The translations under genes were made by a program, and so were the position numbers. DNA of 46,461 bases, taken from the NCBI RefSeq assembly GCF_001194135.2, contig NC_068983.1, forward strand, positions 73,867,728 to 73,914,188, in the 5' to 3' direction. Under the pieces are notes generated by a model, which was not told the DNA's origin, ran no database searches, and saw nothing but the letters and a program-made list of their open reading frames with translations. This stretch comes from Octopus bimaculoides (taxonomy: Eukaryota). Below, one piece after another: positions 1 through 12,636 of the stretch. Numbering within the stretch: position 1 is the first letter of the stretch; each line of letters starts with the position of its first letter.

Positions 1-239
1 TATTTGCAATTGTCTGATAATGCAGACATTGACTTGTCCAAAGGCATCAATAAATGAACATTGATATTTTTTTCACCGTTGTTTCGGTGAAAATGCCCCC
101 TCCTCTCTTGAAAGTTTTTTTTTTTTTGTTTAGCAAGTACTTGGTGATCCTGTCAGTGCATCTCACATCTATGTTAGCCCGCATGGGTAATAAAAAAACA
201 GATCCTGTCAGTGCAGGTGCCATTTCAAAGCACCCAGTC

Positions 240-472
240 CACACTGAAAAGTGATTGGTGTTTGAAAGGGCATCCAGCTGAAAAAAAACTTACCAAAACT
301 GACCTCACCTGTGCTTCTGCCACATAAAAAGCACTAAGTCCACTCTGCTGAGTGGTTGGTGCTAGGAAGGGCATCCAGCAGTAAAAATCCTGCCAAAACA
401 GTCACAAAACAGTTACAAAACAGTCTTGTGAAACCGTCCCACCCATGCTAACATGGAAGGTGGCTGCTAAAA

Positions 473-504
<32 letters not shown>

Positions 505-505
505 C
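240..505 (+). mobile_element. Retroposon 3' tail fragment (AGGAAGGGCATCCAGC motif twice, ending in (GAT)n)
   Basis: Same motif and ccaacccatgc..catggaa..gttaa+(GAT)n tail as the RTE 3' ends at 24310-24866, 28171-28427 and 42485-43155. Confidence 0.75.
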
Positions 506-650
506 AGTTTCTGTCTACCAAATTCACTCACAAAGCTTTGGTTGACCCTGGACTATAGTAGAAGGCATTTGACCAAGGTGCCACTCAGTAGGACTGAACC
601 CAAAATCATGTGGTTGCAGAGCAAGCATCTTAACCACATAGCTATGCCTT
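505..650 (-). mobile_element. SINE family A, 5' half
   Basis: Reverse complement of the family A tRNA-like head (ggctgtgtgg A-box-like, ggttcagtcc B-box-like, ccttgggcaag core). Confidence 0.75.
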
Positions 651-748
651 TTTGCAATAAAAAATAAGAAATAAAAAAATGTCCTTGAATTTATTGAAAA
701 ATTTCAGTATCAGCACTGTATCTTCTACAGTTGGCTTGGCCATGTTGT

Positions 749-1253
749 GACCCCCTTCGGTCATAATGACCATAAGATTGCACCTAGAAAGTTACCCTCC
801 GAGGCACAAGTCTGGGCAAGGTTGTTTATGGAAGACCAACAGTCACCCATGCATACCAGCCTTCCCTCTCCATGCCACCAGTGTTAGCCAAGGGAAAGGC
901 AAAGGCCAATACAGCTTCGCACCTGTGACGTCACAGCTCATTTATTAATGTGCAAGTGGCTGAGCACTCCACAGACATGTGTACCCTTAATGTAGTTCTC
1001 GGGGAGATTCAGCGTGACACAGAGTGTGACAAGGCTGGCCCTTTGAAATACAGGTACAACAGAAACAGGAAGAAAGAGTGAGAGAAAGTTGTGGTGAAAG
1101 AGTACAGCAAGTTTCGCCATCACCCCCTGCCAGAGCCTTGTGGAGCTTTAGGTGTTTTCACTCAATAAACACTCACAATGCCAGTCTGGGAATCAAAACT
1201 GCGATCCTACAACTGTGAGTCCGCTGCCCTAACCTCTGGGCCATTGCACCTCC
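749..1253 (-). mobile_element. SINE family B head/body (944-1253) fused to a different SINE tail (749-943)
   Basis: 944-1253 matches copies at 22801-23180 and 35490-35828; 749-943 matches 37620-37810. Confidence 0.8.
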
Positions 1254-1677
1254 AATGTATTGACCACAAATTCACCAATATCTATAAATAAACAAGTGGG
1301 GGGAAAATATTTCCTTGTCTATTCCATTTAGAAAAATTGAATCATGATTTTAAAGCTATAGTAAATTGGATTTCTGTTGTAAGAGAAGATGTGTGGAGGA
1401 TGGAAGGCAAAGATGCATATCTTTAAAGAAGAGAAAGTTACTTCAAATCTTTTGCGTAATTTTATTTTGGATAAAATTGTAAAGATTGAAATATCCATCC
1501 ATTACCGTTTCTTTGTTATCATTACCTTTATTGTTGACTTTAGTTCTGATGCTTCAACTATCACTGTCTTCCAGGCAACTCTCTGGCTGAGCAGCTCCTG
1601 TCAGACCATCTAATCCATACCAGCAGGGAAAACAGACATTAAATCATGATGATGATGATGATGATGGTGATGATATA

Positions 1678-1729
<52 letters not shown>

Positions 1730-2487
1730 NNNNNNNNNNNNNNNNNNNNNNNNNNNNNNNNNNNNNNNNNNNNNNNNNNNNNNNNNNNNNNNNNNNNNNN
1801 NNNNNNNNNNNNNNNNNNNNNNNNNNNNNNNNNNNNNNNNNNNNNNNNNNNNNNNNNNNNNNNNNNNNNNNNNNNNNNNNNNNNNNNNNNNNNNNNNNNN
1901 NNNNNNNNNNNNNNNNNNNNNNNNNNNNNNNNNNNNNNNNNNNNNNNNNNNNNNNNNNNNNNNNNNNNNNNNNNNNNNNNNNNNNNNNNNNNNNNNNNNN
2001 NNNNNNNNNNNNNNNNNNNNNNNNNNNNNNNNNNNNNNNNNNNNNNNNNNNNNNNNNNNNNNNNNNNNNNNNNNNNNNNNNNNNNNNNNNNNNNNNNNNN
2101 NNNNNNNNNNNNNNNNNNNNNNNNNNNNNNNNNNNNNNNNNNNNNNNNNNNNNNNNNNNNNNNNNNNNNNNNNNNNNNNNNNNNNNNNNNNNNNNNNNNN
2201 NNNNNNNNNNNNNNNNNNNNNNNNNNNNNNNNNNNNNNNNNNNNNNNNNNNNNNNNNNNNNNNNNNNNNNNNNNNNNNNNNNNNNNNNNNNNNNNNNNNN
2301 NNNNNNNNNNNNNNNNNNNNNNNNNNNNNNNNNNNNNNNNNNNNNNNNNNNNNNNNNNNNNNNNNNNNNNNNNNNNNNNNNNNNNNNNNNNNNNNNNNNN
2401 NNNNNNNNNNNNNNNNNNNNNNNNNNNNNNNNNNNNNNNNNNNNNNNNNNNNNNNNNNNNNNNNNNNNNNNNNNNNNNNNNNNNNNN
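1730..2487. other. Assembly gap (others: 3167-3176, 6715-6739, 17557-17830, 27438-28170, 35106-35489, 36646-37004, 40015-40105, 40916-40925, 41584-41593)
   Basis: Runs of N, mostly adjacent to microsatellites, SINE interiors or the RTE 3' UTR array. Confidence 0.99.
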
Positions 2488-3399
2488 TACATATATATAT
2501 ATACATACAGATATCTGTGTGTGCGTGGTGGTGGTGGTGGGGGTGGGTGGGGGTGAATGTGTGTTTTACCATTGTCATAATCATCATTTTAACTTATTGA
2601 AGTAGTTTTTCTACAGTAGGGTGCTCTTCCTGTCTCCAATTTAAGAATAAGATACTATTTCTTCCAGTCTTTAAAACAATGGACAGCTCTATAGCCAGAC
2701 GCATTTTCACAGCTGATGTAAACATAGACATCATCATATGTGCAGTGCTATTGTATTTATGCAGTGCACAAACATCAAGACAAAGAGATGACACAAACAA
2801 AAACATAAATGCATATGCACACACACACACATAGCTAAACACACTCATGTGCATAGCTAAATGCACTCACATACACAGCTAACACATTCTCCCTCATATG
2901 CATGCATGCACACACACACACACACACATACATGCATACACACACATACATGCACACACACATACACAGAACCATACAATGAGCTCCTATTGTTTGTATC
3001 TACCAATTTCACTCACAAATCATCTGTCAGCCCAAGGTTACTGCTGAAGAAACCTGTTTGCTGGGCCATGCAGTAGAATTGAACCCCAAACTATGTGATT
3101 GTGAAACAAACTTTTTAACTACATAGATATGCTTGTGCCTTAAATACACATATATTTTTCATATATNNNNNNNNNNTAATGGTGCTGTGATCGAACATAG
3201 CTTTTTAGCCCAGCTAAAGATCTACAATGTCTTGTACAGAATGGGCAGCTAAAACCTTTACCAGCAATAGATGGCTATAGTTGTAACTGGGCTTCATGTA
3301 CCTTTGCAAGTTGTTTAAGTCCTCCGACCGAATTACACTCCATTCCACATGCTTGACAGATATGATTATAATATGGTGTGTAGCACCACCACCAGTAGC

Positions 3400-5069
3400 C
3401 TGATTGTCAATCATCGGTCTTGCTTTATGACTACGAAGATGACTCTTGAGTCCAGCTTTGCTGAGGCACGGTTTTGCACAGACACTACATGTCAGCATCA
3501 TAGGAAGACCCTTACCATATGGAAGTGCAACAGCAATGCCCTTCCTGACATCCCTCCTTACTTTCTCATGCGTAGCTCAAGATTTCTCAAAAAGTAGCTG
3601 TCCCCTCATACACAATCCTTCTCCACCTGCTATGGTCAATAGCTATGCCCTCTTGTGTGTCAGGAGAGATGCTAGCATATCTCAAGGAAGCCTTCAGTTA
3701 GTCTTTATGCCTCTTTTTTTTATTTATGTGGAGGTCGTTCTCCTTTAGCTAACTCTCCATAAAAGAGTTGCTTTGGCATCCTTGAAACTTGCATCCTGAC
3801 CAGATAACCACTCCATCTGAGACTTTGCTTCAACACAAGAATTTCTATACTTTCACACTGAGAGCGTTCCAATATCTCAAGATCACTGATGCGGTCCTCC
3901 CACTTAATGCCATAGATCCGTCTGAGACACATCTGATGGAGACGTTCCAGTTGTTTAAGGTGGTATCGATATGTGACCCAGGTCTTGCAGGCATAAAAAA
4001 AGAGAGCACACATGCCTAGTACACCTTTATCTTTGTCTTCCTGCATATGTCTCACCGACTCCAGAGGCGCCTTTCTAGCCTCCTGAAAGCATCACTTGCT
4101 TTCCTAATTCTGTATGGAATTTCATTATCCAAATTGTGATATCTATTAACAGTGCTTCCCAGGTTGACAAACTGATCGACTACACTAAGTCTTCTACCAT
4201 ACACATAGATATTTGGTTCAATATACTGCTTACCACGGGCAGGTTGGTACATGACAACAGTTTTCTTGAGACTGACTGTCAATCCTAAGGCAGTGCAAGC
4301 ATCAGAGAATGCATTCAAAATGTGTTGCATATCAATCTCTGTGTGCGCTACTAGATCACAATCATCTGCATTCAAAAGGTCTCTTATCATAGAGGTAAAT
4401 ACCTTTGTTTTTGCAGCAAAGCATCTGATATTAAATATGCTGCCAGAGGTTTGATAATGGCTGTAAACACCATATCTGCAGTTTCTGAATGCAATACAAA
4501 AAACCATTGCAAAATATATGGCGAATAGAGTCGGTGCCAGAATATCCCCCTGTTTCACTCCATTTTGTATTGAGATAGGCTCTGACATTTTCCCTCTAAC
4601 ATTAACCCTACCCTTCATGTCTTCATGAAAAGACCTAACCAAAGCAAAGAACTTTTCAGGACACCCAAGTTTCTGGAGGACTTTCCACAGTGCATTTCTA
4701 TTAACGGTATCAAAGGCTTTTGTCAGAATCGACAAACACATGATATAAATCCAGACCCTGTTCCACACACTTCTCCTGAAGCTGTCTAGCTGAAAAGATC
4801 ACATCAGCAGTCCCACATTGACTTTCTGGAAGAACACAATGTGCAACATGTTTCAGCAGACGATCCAGAAGTACCCTGCATAAAACCTTTCCTACGACAG
4901 AAAGCGATGATATTCCCCTGTAGTTACCACAATCATTCTTGTTACTCACAATCATTCCTTTATATAAGACCACCATAACTGTATCTCTCCAGTCCTCAGG
5001 TACAGATTCACTAGCCCATATCCTGCCAAACAAGGAGTGAAGTTGTTGCAGAAGTTTCTCACCACCATG
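3400..5069 (-). mobile_element. 5'-truncated, frameshifted RTE-clade (BovB-like) LINE ORF2 remnant
   Basis: Minus-strand peptides NYRGISSLSVVGKVLCRVLLDRL, KAFDTVNRNALW, GVKQGDILAPTLF, LLNADDCDLVAH (YADD equivalent), LRWSGYLVRMQVSRMPKQLFYGEL, and C-terminal CSVCAKPCLSKAGLKSHLRSH; multiple frameshifts. Confidence 0.92.
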
Positions 5070-5248
5070 CTATAACAACTCTGCATTGTGCAGCATATAT
5101 ATTATTATGTACCTAAGCTTTGAAGTTAATGGTGTAATCCGGAATAAATTATAAAATTGCCGCAAACATACAGAAATGTTAAATGTTCTTTTGCCTCTCA
5201 AATCTCTTGTCTTTATATATATATATAAATATATAAATAAATATATAA

Positions 5249-5301
<53 letters not shown>

Positions 5302-5483
5302 AATATATATATATTACACTTCCACATGCCTCGCTTCATTGGATGGGTGGGCGTTCATTTCATAACTGCCATTTGAAGAGTGCAAGGCTATGTAATCAGA
5401 CTGTTACCTAACATTCCTTTGAATACGTAGTGCAAAACTGATCAATTAGATGGCCTTTAATAGATATATAATACTGTACACTT

Positions 5484-7077
5484 TGAGAGAATCATGATGT
5501 TGTAGGAGAGAAATGTGTCTGCATGGATGATGGTTCACTTGCATTAAATGAGATTGCAAAGAGAGAGGTTTGGAGATGCCACTATGAAAGGTTACTAAAT
5601 AAAGAGAATGAATGGGAGAAAGAGAGTCTGCCGAATGTCGACCCAACAGAGGAACCAGCTATCTGAATTGAAAGTACCTTGGTAGATAAAGCAATTAAGG
5701 GTTTGAAGACAGGGAAAGCCTCCAGCCTATCAGGAATCATCACAGAGACACTCAAAATATCTGGCAGTGTCGGCTATAGCCTAGTCACCCGTATAGTCAA
5801 CTAGGTGATATATGAAGGAGTCATACCCAATGCCTGGTGTAGCAGCACCATAGTCAACTGCTACAAAGGTAAAGGTGACGCTTTAGATACAAATAATTAC
5901 AGAGGTATCAAGTTGTTGGATCAGGTAATAATAATCACAGAGAGGGTCATAGCCCAACTAATTAGGGAGAGTCAGTCTAGGTGAGATGCAGTTTGGGTTC
6001 GTGCCAGGGAAAAGTACCACTGATGCTATATTTCTGGTAAGACAGCTGCAGGAGAAATACCTAGCCAAAGATAAACCTCTGTACCTGGCTTTTGTTGACA
6101 TGGAGAAAGTCTTTGACAGGTTCCCCCGATTCCTTATCTGATGGTCAATGAGGAAACTAGGGATAGATGAATAGTTAGTGAGAGCTGTGCAAGCCATGTA
6201 CAGGGACGCTGTCAGTAAGGTGAGGATTGGCAACAAGTGCAGTGAAGAATTCCGGGTAGGAGTAGGGGTCAACCAGGGATCAGTCCTCAGCCCCCTCTTA
6301 TTCATCATAGTCCTCCAGGCAATAACAGAGGAATTCAAGACAAGATGCCCCTGGGAGCTCCTCTATGCTGATGACCTTGCTGTAATAGCTGAGTCACTAT
6401 CTGAACTAGAGAAGTGGAATCAAGGATTAGGATCAAAGGCCTTAGAGTCAATCTAGCAAAAACCAAAGTCTTAATAAGTAGGAAGCCAAGCAAGCCACAA
6501 ATCCCTTCAGGGAGATGACCCTACTCAATCTGTACAAAAGGCGTAGGTAGAAACTCCATAAGATGTACCTAGTGTAAGCTATGGACACATAAGGGGTGCA
6601 GCAATATAAAAGGAAGGCTAACTGGGAAGACAGTTTTTGTATGTTGCAAATGCTCAGGAGCAATAAACACTGAAAATGTGCAGAAAACAGCTTCTGTCAC
6701 ATTCCAGGGAGAAGNNNNNNNNNNNNNNNNNNNNNNNNNCAAAAGGCGTAGGTAGAAACTCCATAAGATGTACCTAGTGTAAGCTATGGACACATAAGGG
6801 GTGCAGCAATATAAAAGGAAGGCTAACTGGGAAGACAGTTTTTGTATGTTGCAAATGCTCAGGAGCAATAAACACTGAAAATGTGCAGAAAACAGCTTCT
6901 GTCACATTCCAGGGAGAAGAACTAGAAGTGCTTGATAGCTTCCATTACCTAGGTGACCAAGTCAGTAGTGGGGGTGAATGCTCTGAGAGTGTAGCTGTTA
7001 GAATAATAATAGCCTGGACAAAGTTCAGAGAGCTCCTACCTCTGCTGGTGACAAAGGGCCTCTTGTTCAGAGTAGAC
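5484..7077 (+). mobile_element. Second, distinct RTE-clade LINE reverse transcriptase remnant (stops, frameshifts, truncated at both ends)
   Basis: Peptides NYRGIKLLDQV, QFGFVPGKSTTDAIFLVRQLQEKYL, FVDMEKVFD, GVNQGSVLSPLLF, LLYADDLAV, LEVLDSFHYLG, AWTKFRELLPLL. Confidence 0.92.
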
Positions 7078-7248
7078 TGTAGACTGTAGACTGTGAGAGC
7101 ACTTTTCTAACAACTGACAAGTGAGGCAGGCTCCCTCCTTATGACAAGCAAAATGGAATCATGTATATATATATATTGTGTTTTTTTGTCTGTTTGTTCA
7201 TCTCTTATAGAACTTTTGATGATTTCTTTTATTTTTGGTCTCTTCTAG

Positions 7249-7390
7249 GTAGGTGTTGCTATAGGATTTCTTGTACCGCCTGTGATAATAACAGAAAGTG
7301 GTGTTGTAGAAGAAATAGGGCAAGACCTGTCACATATGTTCTATGGAACTGCAGGAGTTACAACTGCTCTCTTTCTTTTGTGTTTAGTTG
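7249..7390 (+). CDS. FLVCR: FLVCR-like coding exon A (142 nt, phase 0 to 1)
   Basis: Acceptor tttttggtctcttctag, donor TTG|gtaagt; encodes VGVAIGFLVPPVIITESGVVEEIGQDLSHMFYGTAGVTTALFLLCLV. Confidence 0.92.
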
Positions 7391-8532
7391 GTAAGTACAA
7401 TGTAAAAGCTTAATTTGTTTCTGTATTTGGTTTGCAAGACTCTTGATGTAAAACTGTATGTTGAAAGAGATGTTGTGTCTTGAGAAGATCATTATGCCAA
7501 TAATAAGCACACACACACTGGTTCTATTTCACTTTGTTATTTCTATTTGTCAATTGGTTAATCATTTGACCAATTAACTCACTGATTGCTTGATTCATCG
7601 TTTTGTCAGTCAGTCAGTCAGTCAGTCAGTCAGTCAGCCATCTAGGTTTGTCAGAGTCCTTTTGCTATTTGCAACACCATTAAGGGCATTCCTTCTCTAC
7701 TCCATGTTTGTCTGTCTCAGTTTACAGGTTCTGTATTTATATTCATATGGATGTGTGTAAGAATGTATAAAAATATAAATATAGAACCTGTAAATTAGGA
7801 CACTGGCAGATCTGGAGTAGAGAGAGAGCATATCCTTAATAAGGCAATGAATGGCAATGAAAGGACTAAGAAATGTAGATAATTGATTAGTTGACCAAAC
7901 GATTAATCAAACATGAGTTAATTGGTTAATTCACTAATAATAATAATAATAATAATAATAATGATAATAATAATAAATGCCCGGATGCAGTACCAGGCAG
8001 TGGCTTTCGTACCTTCTGATCTTAATTGATTGGAAGTGTTATCATGTACATTGTTTTGTCTTCGTATAAAAGATGGGCTACAGCAAATATTCTGCTTCAT
8101 ACCACAGATTTGCTTGTCAGTTGTTTGACCTTAACCAGTTGAGCATGTCCCTTGGTGGCTGATGATATGTGAATCTCTGATCATGAGCAGAAGTAGTGGG
8201 GGAGCATCATAGCCATGTTTTGAGAGGAATTCTTTGGGGTTTGAATAATTCACCTTTGGAAACATGGGTGTTTTGCTCAACATCCTTAAACAAACCTTAT
8301 TCAGGGACCTTTTGAGCAGGATGGGCTACTCAACCTGAAGAAAGTTCTAACTGGACCCCACCTACGAGGTCATGCACTGTTTATCTTGATATGAGATCAC
8401 CATGTCGCACACATATGGTTGTGATGCATGTGCCTGGTGTACTCTTATCAGACGGGTAGTCATGATGGGTATAATGGGCTTCATATATTTTACCCCAGTG
8501 TCACTTTGATGGCATGCACTGCTCTCTCACTC

Positions 8533-8569
<37 letters not shown>

Positions 8570-9273
8570 GAAGTGAAATAAAACCAGAACATGTGTTTAT
8601 TTTTTAGCACAATGACCCTCCTGAGATACAACAAGATTTAAAGGCTTGTTTTACAACTTTTTTCACATTGTGTAAATCATATTGTTCTTGTGAGATATTC
8701 TATGCAGTTTTTATTATTTTTGTTTTTTGTGTTATTGGTTGTGAAAACTAATATCTTGTCTTGTGTTGTTCTTCAGTGTTTGTCCGACTCACTTCATTGG
8801 TGTTCAACATGCATTCTCTCTAATTTTGGAGAATTAAATTTCTCACAGCCTCTACAAATATTAAGTTTCACAATCTCTGATCTTTCCTGGCATTTCACAT
8901 TCATAAGATATCACAAAAGCTACATCTGAAAGACTAGCCCTTCTCTTGAAACCCAGGAAATACTTAATTTCTAAGAGGTTATTGATTATTTTTAAAGTTC
9001 AAGTACAGCCCATACAGGTGTTCCTCCATCTAGTTTTGTTGTGTTGCATAAAGGAAAAAAAAATCAACAAAGCCTCACTTACCAACATACTACAATCACC
9101 TGCCAGTTGCTTGAAATGTCACAGACAGTGGGGTGCCATATGTTTAGAATCTTTCAGTTATGAAGGGGAATAGGAAACATTAACAAAAAAAACATGAAAT
9201 GAAAACAACATATGTAAAGTCCTTGAGTGGAGTCATGCTCCATTGAAAATGTTGAGTAGGTTGGTAGTGGAAG

Positions 9274-9305
<32 letters not shown>

Positions 9306-12300
9306 CCAGGTCAGGCATAAGGAGATTCATAAAGTTTTCAAGAATCTATGAATTAGAAGAGAACGTATCACTTATGTGTGACTATTCAAGTGAGTTGACT
9401 GTCTGTGATTTGAGGTAGTAACTTCAGATGTTATCATATGGGATGGATCTAGTCGTTCTCATTCGCAAAATGAGCCCCACTTAATTTTGTTCAGATTGCT
9501 TTCAATTTTGGTGTATCGATGCAACTCTGAATTTTGATTATGGTCAACCAATTACTTTATCTCATAAATTAAAGAATTTGGTGTTATTTGGCATTAAAGT
9601 TGGAAAATTTGGGTAATTTTAGTCAATTAACAGAGTGGCATTAGCATCTTGTTACCATGACAACCACATGCTGTGGTTGTGGTTCACTGTTGTCTGTACT
9701 GCTGTTATCTATGTTGATTTTTTTACACTAAATTCTTCAAACCACGAGATTCTTTTCACACGCGTGTTTTGTTTTAATTTTTCTGTGTGTGTTAGTATAT
9801 TACATATTTTTCTGTGCTTCTGTGTGTTAGTATTTATCTGTGCTTTTTTTCTTTGTTAGTATTTTTCTGTGCTTTTTTCTTTGTTAGTATTTTTATATGT
9901 TTTCTATTTCATATATTTTTGGGACTCATTGACTCAGATAGCTGGATTTATGATTTCACTAGGTTAATTTTGTTCATAAAAATTTAAATTAGGAGTATTT
10001 CTTAAATCGTTAGCTTCATATTTCAACAGCTTAACTGAAATTTAGCCCACGCAACAAGAACTGAAGGGGATATCGTGGAACAGAGAAACTGTGGGTGATA
10101 CAGATAATTTGACATTATTTTTGAATTCTGCATACAAAAACATATGAGATACAGGTATTCTTTTCCTTGGGACAAATTCTTTCTTGACCAGTGTTATTCT
10201 TATCATAGTTTACAAATCCAACTTTGGAGTTTTGGAGACAGACGCCCCACACATGAATGCATAAATATACACATAAACTTATATATGAATACATACATCC
10301 ACATATACTTATATATCAATAATGTACACAAATACATGACAGGCATACATAATATTGAAATACGCATAAAGTAAACACATGCAGCCAAATATATTAATAT
10401 AACAAATTAAAAAAATAAAATAAAACCATACCATCAATGAAGAGACGAAAGAAACAGTAAGATGATACATGTTGGTTTTATTAGGTACTTCTGTTTATTT
10501 AGAAACCTACAATGAACAGGTCAGATACTAAACTCTAAATTTCACAGGGTACAACCTTAAAGTTGATACTGCTCCGCTAAATGCAGAAAATTTCTGTCAC
10601 GCTATTGGCTAAAAATATACAGTTTTTTTTTTATTTTTAAACCTTTGTAACTTTTTTCTCCAATTTTTTTCTCCACAACATCATAACCTTCAAAGCAATG
10701 AGACTGGAAGGCGACATTATTAGAGCCGATTTTCAGATTTTTTACTGTCGTTCAAAAAAAATGCATATTTTGCAAATGAAGAAAACTAGATCCTATGGGA
10801 CATTTGGTTTGAAGATCAAAGACAATTAAAACATGGCACATTGGATCCTGAAGCATGAGATCAAAAGATTTGAACTGATAAATCATTACCAGAAAACTCA
10901 AAAGATTGAGTGAGGATTGTGATACTATCAAACAAGATATAATTACTTCAGCCAAGAAGGTTATTGTTATTTCAACTTTGATCTTTGTTGTTTCTTGCAG
11001 TTGTGGATCATCTATCAGGACTCAGGGTGAAGAGCTGCATACAATGTTTGCAGTTTGTTCTCCTTGTATAAATTTAACAAAAAAAATGATATACTGTATT
11101 TGATGGTATAAAAATGCACAGGCATATTAGATGCACCTTAATTTGAACAGTGCATTTTCAAGATAAAAGTTTTTAGTGCATTAAAGCATATAGGGCATAC
11201 ATTGTAGTCCACTCAAAATACAACATGCTGCCAGTTTAAGAATCAATTCCATTGACTTTGGTTATGAGCCTAGTATCCTTACCACTGGGCCAGAAGTTTT
11301 CCCATGAAGTGTAATTTCAGTTAAAAAGGTTTAAAGATGAATAAACAAACATTATATGAGAAACATGGTACAAGTAAATCCCTTAACTCAGTTTTCAGTC
11401 ATATAACTACTACTAATTGTTTCTAATAGAGGCACAAAATCAGAAATTTGGGGGAGGGAGTTTGTTGATTAAATCAAAACTTGTTGTTGATTGGTACTTT
11501 AATTTACTAACCTCAGAGGGATGAAAAGCAAATTTGAACTTAGTAAGATTTGAACTCAGTATATAAAGATCCAGAGGAAATATTGGTTTCAAATTTTGGC
11601 ACAAGGCCAGCAATTTCAGGGAAGGGGTTAAGTTGATTACATGAATCCCAGGACTCAAATGGTACTTATTTTATTGACCCTGAAATGATAAAAGCAAAGT
11701 TGACTTCGGCAGAATTTGAACTCAGAATATAAAGACAAACAAAATGCCACTAAGCATTTTGCCCAGTGTGCTAATAACTCTGCCAGCTCACTACCTTATT
11801 CAGAGCAAATATTGTAAGTTATTTTGTCTGATATTTTAATGATTCTTCCAATCTGCTACCCTCATATTTCTAATAATAATAAAAATAAGAAAACTGCTTT
11901 ATAAATATCATTGTTCATTAGTTCATTGATTTGAAATAAGTATTCTAAATTATTTCTTTTTTCTTAATTCCTTTCAACTCATTTATATTCCAGGCTTCCA
12001 AAAACAACCCCCAGAACCACCAAGTCGAGCTCAGATGTTAGCTCTTCAAGCAGGCTTGGGTACCAACAACTATTTGGTCACTCTCTTTCGGCTTTTAAAG
12101 AATTGGAGTTATACATTGCTGATGGTAACATATGGTAAGTAAACCCACAGTGATTTAGACATGAAGAAAAATATAATTTGTATACAACATTTGACCTAAA
12201 CTCACAGAATGTAGAGCACTGTCAAGTTTCTTCTTTATACATATATTTTTTCTTGGTTTGGCTTGGCCAGGTGGAAGAGGTTATGCCTATGCTCTGTACA

Positions 12301-12603
12301 AGCACTCTCAGACCAACATGTTTTCCATTCCAGTTCATGATGGTACAGAATATCATTTATCAGCTGATTACCAATTTCTACATGAGTTAAACATAGAATA
12401 GTGATACATCGCAAAATGTCCCATATTATTCTGATATAGAAAGGTTAGTATGATAAAATACAGGATAAGAAGTTTGCCCAACTACATGGTTATGGCTTCA
12501 TTCTCTCTGCTTGCTACCTTGGGCAAGCATCTTCTATTATAGCCTTGGGCTGACCAAAGCATTGTGAGTAGATTTGGCTGATGGAAACTGAAAGAAGCCT
12601 GTC

Positions 12604-12636
<33 letters not shown>

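Noticed and set aside
1610-2605. Long ORFs of 280-325 aa (also at 17255-17958, 27299-28338, 35067-35615, 36335-37129 and 39748-40177)
   Set aside because: They are open only because they run through N gaps and microsatellites
6535-6919. 180-bp direct duplication inside the RTE RT (6535-6714 and 6740-6919), apparently doubling the zinc finger
   Set aside because: The copies are identical and separated only by a 25-N gap, typical of an unmerged contig overlap
9300-10800. AT-rich block with transposon-like texture
   Set aside because: I could not identify TIRs, TSDs, a second copy or a peptide motif, so no call is made
10981-11032. Possible micro-exon ttcttgcag|TTGTGG...CTCAGG|gtgaag in the exon A-B intron
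   Set aside because: 26 nt would break the frame, the donor is weak, and exons A and B already join in frame
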